A DNA stretch of 61,666 nucleotides, the filler included, from Malassezia furfur (lineage: Eukaryota): assembly GCA_052055015.1 (NCBI GenBank). It is 6 parts of 6 records of this genome, joined end to end, with 100 filler letters (N's around TTAATTAATTAA, not from the genome) between each part and the next. Parts side by side here need not be neighbours in the genome. Positions count along the whole stretch, not along the records: positions 51,524 to 61,666 come from JBQJIT010000402.1; 5 more parts are not named here. The stretch is one strand, 5' to 3'. This document shows positions 54,920-61,666 of the stretch, one piece after another. A model generated the notes under the pieces. The model did not search any database, had not been told where the DNA came from, and saw only the letters and a list, made by a program, of their open reading frames with translations. A program made the translations under genes and the position numbers. How positions within the stretch are numbered: the first letter of the stretch is position 1; each line of letters begins with the position of its first letter.

Positions 54920-55766
54920 TTACGCAGTCCACAGCTTAGCAACAAGCTCCGTGAGGCCTGAGTGTTAGTTCGATGCTCGCAATGTGTGCCACGTACCAAT
55001 GTCGTCTGAATAGGGTAGCAAGAAACGCTAGTGTCAGTATTAATTCGCAGCATTTGGCCGGGGAAGTCGTTGCGTGCACACAGCCGACATGAACAGGCAT
55101 GTTGCCATGCTATTTCGTGCCGGAGTGCGCCGCATCGTCTTGCCCAGTGCCCATATGAATACGCACTCGTGTTGAACTCTGCAAGGTCAGCCAGTTGGTA
55201 CGTACCGTAGAGACCAATACCAGTCGCGACCGTCAGCGCCCGGACAAACCAGACGGTGATGGGGGCAGCGACCGGGTACTTGCGCTTCTCAACGTAGTCG
55301 GTAAGCACGTTCTCGAAGCCCATGTGAGAGTGAAGGAGGAGAGCCACCGAGAGTGCACCGTCCACAGCACCCGACATGCCGTGCCTCACAGCAGCGACCG
55401 CGCAAAGCGGCACAAGCGAAACACTGATCAGACGCTCGAACGCCCAGTGGTAGGAACCGTGGTAACGGTCGGGCGAGGGGTATTGCGTCGGGTCATTCAC
55501 CGTGCCTTGGATGTACGCTGGAGGTTAGCAGATAGCCCTTCCGGGACACATACAGCCACTGGAGGGGTAGATACGGTCACGACCGATGGCACACGGCTTC
55601 GAGGCACCCATAGCCGCCGGACGAGCTAACCGGTGTTAGTCGACCATTCTCAACTACGCAAAATGGACATACCAGCATGGAAGCCACGCACACCGCTAGC
55701 CAGGACGCGCATGTACGCCTGGCTGGGAAGCTGCTTGTTCAATCCAACGACGGAGCGCATCGACAT
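54920..55766 (-). CDS. SDH4: Succinate dehydrogenase cytochrome b small subunit (CybS)
   Basis: Presequence, GTVNDP, HGSYHWAFER, HSHMGFENVLTDY, spliced C-terminus YEFNTNDIGLTELVAKLWTA; five introns with 12- and 9-nt micro-exons. Confidence 0.92.
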
Positions 55767-55835
55767 TTTCGTCGGAGTCGATAGAAGCTTGTGTGGGAGT
55801 AATCGGTTTTGAGGCGCCCCTGCCGGGTGCCTGCG

Positions 55836-55861
55836 ATTGGATTTGGGCGGACTGTGATTGG
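55836..55861 (-). promoter_or_regulatory. Two CCAAT boxes upstream of SDH4
   Basis: ATTGG at 55836-55840 and 55857-55861, 70-95 bp from the ATG; respiratory genes are classic targets of the CCAAT-binding Hap complex. Confidence 0.45.
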
Positions 55862-56284
55862 CCGGAAATCAGTCAAACCGCGTAGCGACCTCAGTAGGCC
55901 TCCACGCGCACGCGTGCTCCGGGAAACTCCGACCCGGGCGAATGTGGACTTCTCGGCCAACGGTGTGGGCAGGCACGCGAACGCGCCTTGGACGCGCATG
56001 TCGGCTCAGGACGCGGTCTGTCCATGGCGCAGAGCCTTCATGGCACGGGTTCTGCCAGGTAGTGGAAAGATGGCTACGGTCGAGGATGTGTACACAGAGA
56101 AAGCCCATGACATTGGGAGATAGATTCGAGGGTATATGCAATGTATGAGCAGATTCATTCGACGGCATGAATTTTTCGGCATTGGCCGCGCAGTCGCTGC
56201 GGAGGAGCGAGCTTAGCCACAGAGTCCCCTGCTGTGCAGTGTAGAAAACAGCATCCAGTTCGCAAAACAGAGATAAGCACAACA

Positions 56285-56659
56285 TCAGTCCGTCTCTTCG
56301 TGCGGCCGCTTCACGGGTTCGTCCTGGAACAAGAAGTTGCAGTAGCAGCACACGTAGAACAGGATCATCTTGTTGAACGTGCGCTTGCTCTGGTCCTGGA
56401 ACAGTACGGCCTCCGTGTGGCCACACTGTGGGCACGTCAGATCATGCGTGCGCCGCAGCGTAGGGTCGGTCATGAGCTCATCCACAACACCAGGCTGCTC
56501 CTTCGAGATGTCTTTCAGATCATTCCGGAACACAAGGGGCGAGGTAGCCTCGGTACGGTACGAGCAGTTGCGGCACGCATACAGCAATACATTGTTCGTC
56601 CGGTCCGCTTCGGGGTACAGCAGATTGTTGCACTCGGCACAGAAGTGGAGCGTCGCCAT
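56285..56659 (-). CDS. RPB9: RNA polymerase II subunit 9
   Basis: FCAECNNLLYP, CRNC, DPTL, CPQC..EAVLFQ, LFYVC zinc ribbons. Confidence 0.95.
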   Translation of the reverse strand: MATLHFCAECNNLLYPEADRTNNVLLYACRNCSYRTEATSPLVFRNDLKDISKEQPGVVDELMTDPTLRRTHDLTCPQCGHTEAVLFQDQSKRTFNKMILFYVCCYCNFLFQDEPVKRPHEETD

Positions 56660-56806
56660 GGTGTTGTGCTACTAAGACCGATGACGCGCGATCCCGCAAC
56701 AAGACTCCTACGCGAAGCGGGCCGAACGTGCGGAGGATGGTCGACGACGACGCGGCCGCAGCATCGGGTTGGTCACGTGTTCACTACGGTCGCTGGGGGA
56801 CGTCTA

Positions 56807-58104
56807 TCAACGGAAATAGTGGATCTCCTCGCGCTCGCGGCCACGCATCTTGTCGGGCTCGGTGCCCTTGATGCTGCGGTTAGTGTACACTGTCGTAGAC
56901 GTACTAGATGTCATCCCAGAGCGTGTCCATGCTCGGCTCAGGACTGTTCTTAGCCTCCTCGATGGCCTTGTCCACGGCCTCCTTGGCCGCCTTGTCGACC
57001 TTCTTCAGCTCCGACTCCTCCAGGACGCCCCAGTCAAGGATGTGCGTCTTGAGACCCTGGATAGGGTCCGAAGAGCTGCGCATCTTCTGGATCTCCTCAC
57101 GCGTGCGGTAGGTGGTACCAGGGTCGGACAGCGAGTGACCACCGTAGCGGTAGGTGACGAGCTCCATGAGCAGCGGACCCTTGCCCGAGGTGATGTACTC
57201 GCGCGCGAACTGGGTGCCACGCATCACCGCAAGCACGTCCATGGCATTCACCTGGATACCGGGAATCACGTCACCACGCTTGTAGAACTCGGTGTTCATC
57301 GAGCTGCGCTCGGCGCTCGTGCCCATGCCGTACTTGTTGTTCTCGCAGATGAACACGTTGGGCAGCTTCCAGAGCGCCGCCATGTTGAACGCCTCAAACA
57401 CCTGGCCCTGGTTCGAGGCACCGTCACCGTACAGCGTGAACGTGGCGTGGTCAGACTTGTTGTACTTCTGCGCGAACGCCAGACCAGCGCCGAGGGGCAC
57501 CTGGGCGCCGACGATACCGTTGCCGCCCATGAAGCTGGGCGTAAAGACGTGCATCGAGCCACCCTTGCCCTTCGACATGCCGGCCTCGCGGCCCATCAGC
57601 TCGGCAAGCATGCCGGTGATGGTACCACCGCGCTCGACCGCAAAGGTATGGCAGCGATAGGCCGTGATCACGTAGTCGTCGGGCTTAATCGCCCACTCCA
57701 TGCCGACTGCCACGGCCTCCTGACCGATAGACAGGTGGCAGAAGCCACGGATGTACTTGTGCTTGTACAGCTGGTCCGCAGCGACCTCCATGCGGCGCAT
57801 CTTGACCATCTGGCTGTAGAGGTGGACGAGGTCCTTCTTGGTTACACTCAGCTCGTTGGTCGGCGGGTCGATTTTGTATCCGTGGAACGACTCCTCGCTC
57901 AGCTTGAGCGGGAACGGCTCCGTGTCCGACTCGGGAATGGCGCCAGCGGGCTTCGAGGTGTCAGCGACGATGTGCAGGTTGCGCAGGCCCTGCACGGCAT
58001 AGCGGGGCGACGACAGCACGGACTGCGAGCGGTTAGTTTCCTTATGTACTACGTACCGTGCGTGCGGCCCGCAGAGGGAGCGTGTTCAAAAAGACCGCAC
58101 TCAT
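56807..58104 (-). CDS. PDA1: Pyruvate dehydrogenase E1 alpha subunit
   Basis: IRGFCHLSIGQEA, GKGGSMH, TPP motif YGDGASNQGQ..ENN, TYRYGGHSLSDPGTTYR; introns 58023-58056 and 56874-56904. Confidence 0.97.
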
Positions 58105-58681
58105 TGCCAGTGGTATGGTAGCAACGGCTGGCCGTCGTTGAGGGAGTTGTGCACTTTCGGGGCAGATTCTCCCTCGTCCCCGTGCCTAACCTGTGCAGCG
58201 TAAATCCCATGCGCGCCTCCACCTGTCCAGGGCGCGCGCCCCAAGGACCCACAGAAAAGGCCGCACGGTGCGTTCGTGCCAAATCGGCCGCGCAGGTCCG
58301 ATCCACCTGCGGGGAGCTCGCGCCGCAACCGTGGGTTGCAGTTGTGCTTGCGTCGAAGGGGTCATGATATGGTAGAGAGCGCCAGAGGCAAAATAGGCCC
58401 AGGCGCCCAATGCATAGCGCGCGGTGTCGGCCGGTGTCCGCCTCTAACGTAGGCCTATGGTATGGTAGAACTGTCTTGGCTATCTGCCTTGTGGTTAGGT
58501 GGGATCCGGTGAACTGATGATGGGACCAGCCTCGGGTGACACCACCCACCCCCCCTCTGTTATGTGGACACCGACGCACTGGCTTGGCATCGTAACGCAT
58601 GCTTATCTGAAATCCGCAATTTTGGCATAATTCTTTTTTTGACTTCGGTCGTTTGTGACACTTAACCTGCTAGTTCGCGAT

Positions 58682-59459
58682 ATGGTCGACCCGAAATCTG
58701 TCGGACTCCCTGATGACCACTGGCGTCCCACGTACGAGGACATCCACGAGCTCATCCGGGACATTGCGAACAAGATTCGGGACGAGTTCCACCCGGATCT
58801 GATGGTCGCTATCGGCGGTGGTGGTTTCTTCCCGGCACGTGTCCTGCGCACCTTCCTCAAGACGCAGGACCAGACGGACCCGAACAAGAAGCGCAACATC
58901 CCCATCCAGGCGATTGGTCTGAGCCTGTACGAGGAGGTTGCGGGCGTGTCCGAGGAGGTGATCGGCAAGGAGGTCGTGCGCACGCAGTGGCTTGACTCGG
59001 GCAGCCACGGGTCGCCCGACAAGATCAAGAAGGACGCGGGCGGCCTGCTGGGCAAGAACGTGCTCATTGTGGACGAGGTGGACGACTCGCGTACGACGCT
59101 CCAGTACGTATATGGACGAAGCTGACCCTAGCTATGCGTACAACGAGCTGCTAAAGGACGTCAAGGAGTCGCTTGCGTCGATGTCGCCCGAGGAGCGTGC
59201 CTCGGTGCCCCCGACGCGCTTCGCCATCTTTGTGGTGCACAACAAGCTGGGCCCGAAGCGCGCGGAGCTGCCGATCATTGCCTCGCCTGCGGACGACAAG
59301 ATCGTCGATGGCGTGAGCACGGGCGTGTACTACTACGCCGCGGAGACGACGCCGCCCGTGTGGATCGACTTCCCCTGGGAGCAGGAGGACATTGCGGAGC
59401 ATAACCGTCTCTCGGCGCTGGCCCGTGAGCACGGCCTGGGTGCGCCGAGCGTTCAGTAG
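58682..59459 (+). CDS. HPT1: Hypoxanthine/xanthine-guanine phosphoribosyltransferase (yeast Hpt1/Xpt1 type)
   Basis: AIGGGGFFPARVLRTFLK, IQAIGLSLYE, VLIVDEVDDSRTTL, WIDFPWE; intron 59104-59131. Confidence 0.88.
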
Positions 59460-59552
59460 AACAATTAATTCCCCAACACCGCGCGCCGCCGCCGGGGGCG
59501 TGTGTTAGTAATGCGTGCTACCCCATACTCTGGGGCCGTGCGTGTAACCACG

Positions 59553-60215
59553 ATGGGTCTCTCCGCAAACCCACTGAGTCTGCGCGACCAGCTCGCGTTC
59601 TATGGCGCCTACCACTCGAACCATGTGAATGTGCTCATCCACATCGTGTGCGTGCCGCTGATCTGGATGACGACGCTCGCCCTGCTGCTCACGTCCGGCA
59701 TCGGCATGCACAGCATCGCCGCGCGCCTGCCCGAGATGGTGCAGTCGCCGCTCCTGCAGGCCGACGTGTTCCTGTACACGCATCTGCCGCGCGCCGCATA
59801 CGAGCACGTGAACGTGGCGTCGGTGCTGTCGCTCGCGTACCTCGCGTACTATGCGGTGCTCGATGTGCCTGCGGCGGCGCTCATCTCGCCGCTGTGGACC
59901 GCGTACTACTACGCCGCGTGGCACTTTGTCGGGCACCACCCGCACGCACAGACCATCGCACTCTCTGTCTTCCTCGCTAGCTGGGTCGCGCAGTTCTACG
60001 GCCACGGCGTGCACGAGGGCCGCGCGCCGGCGCTGCTCGACAATCTGCTCGGCGCCGTGGTCCTGGCGCCGCTGTTTGTCTTCCTCGAGGTGCTCTTCTT
60101 CTTTGGGTATCGCCCGGAGCTGCAGCACTGGCTCAAGAACGTCTCGGGCAAGAAGATTGCCGAGTTCCGGCAGCAGCAGGCGCAGCAGGAACGCGCCAAG
60201 GCCAAGGCCGCCTGA
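59553..60215 (+). CDS. MPO1: Mpo1/DUF962 2-hydroxy fatty acid dioxygenase
   Basis: FYGAYHSNHVNVLIH, QFYGHGVHEGRAPALLDNL, APLFVFLE. Confidence 0.85.
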   Translation: MGLSANPLSLRDQLAFYGAYHSNHVNVLIHIVCVPLIWMTTLALLLTSGIGMHSIAARLPEMVQSPLLQADVFLYTHLPRAAYEHVNVASVLSLAYLAYYAVLDVPAAALISPLWTAYYYAAWHFVGHHPHAQTIALSVFLASWVAQFYGHGVHEGRAPALLDNLLGAVVLAPLFVFLEVLFFFGYRPELQHWLKNVSGKKIAEFRQQQAQQERAKAKAA

Positions 60216-60221
60216 ACGCGC

Positions 60222-61664
60222 CTAGGGCGCCGCGCGCGCCACCAGCTCCACAAAGCACGGCCACTCGCGCAGCACACGCGGGGGGTCCATGTCGATAGCC
60301 TGTGCATATTCATACAGCCGAAGCACCATTCCACCCCCACGCACCACGCCGCCGCGCAGCGGCACCATCGCCACCTGCACCGCCTCGTCGGGCGCCACGG
60401 GGATCGTCGCGGGGCCCAGCAGCGACACCTCGGTCCAGGTGCCCGCGACGGGCTCGAGCGCGAGGCGGCACGCGGGCAGCGCCGCACCGCGCGCGTGCAG
60501 GTCCACGAGCGACACACGCACCGTGCAGGTGCACGGCACCAGCGCCTCGGCGTGCGCCGGCTTTTCGAGCGTGACGCGCACCACGAGGCGCGCGTCGACG
60601 CGCGCGTCACCGAGCGCCACGGCACCCGGCACGTTGATCACGCGCGCAATGGGGCCGAGCCGCGCCGTGCCGGCGCCGCCGTGCGGGACGCGCCAGCGCA
60701 CCTGCACGGTGCCGAGGGGGTGCGCGACGCCGACCCACGGCTTCTCGGGCGGCGCAGCGCCGAGCTGCTCGAGCGTCGCAGCCTCCAGTGCCGCGGGGTC
60801 GCGCGGCGTAAGCGCGAGCAGCCACTGCCGCACGTCCTTGGGGTGCAGATGCTGTGCGGTGCTGGCCGCGTCGGGCGCGTCAAGCAGTGCGACGTCCCAC
60901 GCGTCCGAGACGACGTCGACGTCCTCGATGGCGACGGGGCGCACGCTCACGTTGTGCGCCTGCACCTGGACATAGGCGCGCTCCCGCACCGCCGGCGACA
61001 CGTCCATCACCCCCGCGCGGTTGCCGTGCGCCGTCGCATGCAGCGCGAGCGGCGGCGGATGCACCGAAAACTTGTATACCCTGTGTGAGCGTTGCGCACG
61101 TACTTGGTCATCCAGTGCTCCGGCGTGCTGCCCGCGCGGTCGAAGCGCACGCGGCACACGACCGCGTGCGGCGCCATGAGCCCAATCTCGTGCCGCACCA
61201 CCGCCGAGAGCTGCGCGCGGGGCTCGAGCGCACACACGGCGAGCGGCGCGCCGGCGGCCCCGGAGGGCGCGTGCGCGAGCGTCCACTCGCGTGCGGGCGC
61301 CGTGTCTGTGCTGCTGCGCTGGATGTCGACCTGCAGATGCACGCCGTCCACGCGGTGGTCCGACTCGTTGACGACGGTCACCAGCACACTAAACACCTCG
61401 CCGGCGGCTGCGTCACTCACTTCACGTACCCACGACCCCGAACGACGATGGAAGCACCAAATGGTCCGTGTACGGCACGTCGCGCAGCGTCGGCGCGGCG
61501 TGCGCGAGCGGCGCGTCACTGCCCCGCGCATACGTCTCGAGCACGGCGTCCCAAGTCGCCGCGTCGTACGGCTCGACGGACGACGCAGCAGGCACAGCCG
61601 CGCCCGACTCACGCGCCGTCTCAAACACGGGGACGGCGTGCGTCGCGAGCACGGGCGCCGACAT
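60222..61664 (-). CDS. TRAPP complex subunit 13-like (DUF974)
   Basis: LVLPSSFG..GEVFSVLVTVVNES, VRHEI, VYKFSV; introns 61408-61429 and 61081-61103. Confidence 0.7.
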
Positions 61665-61666
61665 GC

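Noticed and set aside
56904..56906. Apparent premature stops or frameshifts in PDA1, ATG7, TIF6, TIM9, HPT1, RNH201, PRP31
   Set aside because: All are explained by short consensus introns; no pseudogenes, recoding or alternative genetic code are needed.
1262..59459. Apparent purine-metabolism cluster (ADE4, ADE12, HPT1)
   Set aside because: ADE4 is on a different contig; ADE12 and HPT1 are separated by three unrelated genes.

Overview
Eukaryotic, not prokaryotic, DNA: a very compact, GC-rich basidiomycete yeast genome, most consistent with Malassezia (inferred from gene content, tiny intergenic spacers and 21-40 nt GT-AG introns). The window is six unrelated ~10 kb contigs (10252, 10230, 10208, 10182, 10151, 10143 nt, size-sorted) joined by artificial N44-TTAATTAATTAA-N44 linkers, so adjacency across linkers means nothing. 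It carries about 38 protein-coding genes, mostly housekeeping (RIM2, ADE4, MOB1, ARG8, DBP8, U1C, NUG1, ILV1, ATG7, NTH1, RPP1, COX17, SEC7, TIF6, TIM9, RRP6, RNH201, OLA1, PRP31, ADE12, SDH4, RPB9, PDA1, HPT1/XPT1, MPO1), an intron-containing tRNA-Val(TAC) and an intronic box C/D snoRNA (snR69-like). The most notable observations are: extreme intron miniaturisation (21-26 nt) with 5-15 nt micro-exons; a long SDH4 intron with a 90-nt GNRA-capped hairpin and two competing 3' splice sites; a copper amine oxidase plus permease pair with GATA-rich promoters; an NRPS divergently paired with an ABCB exporter; a probable dual-start (mitochondrial/cytosolic) OLA1; and a CACGTG motif recurring in tiny bidirectional promoters. 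All gene models were spliced by eye, and family assignments come from recognised motifs, not database searches.
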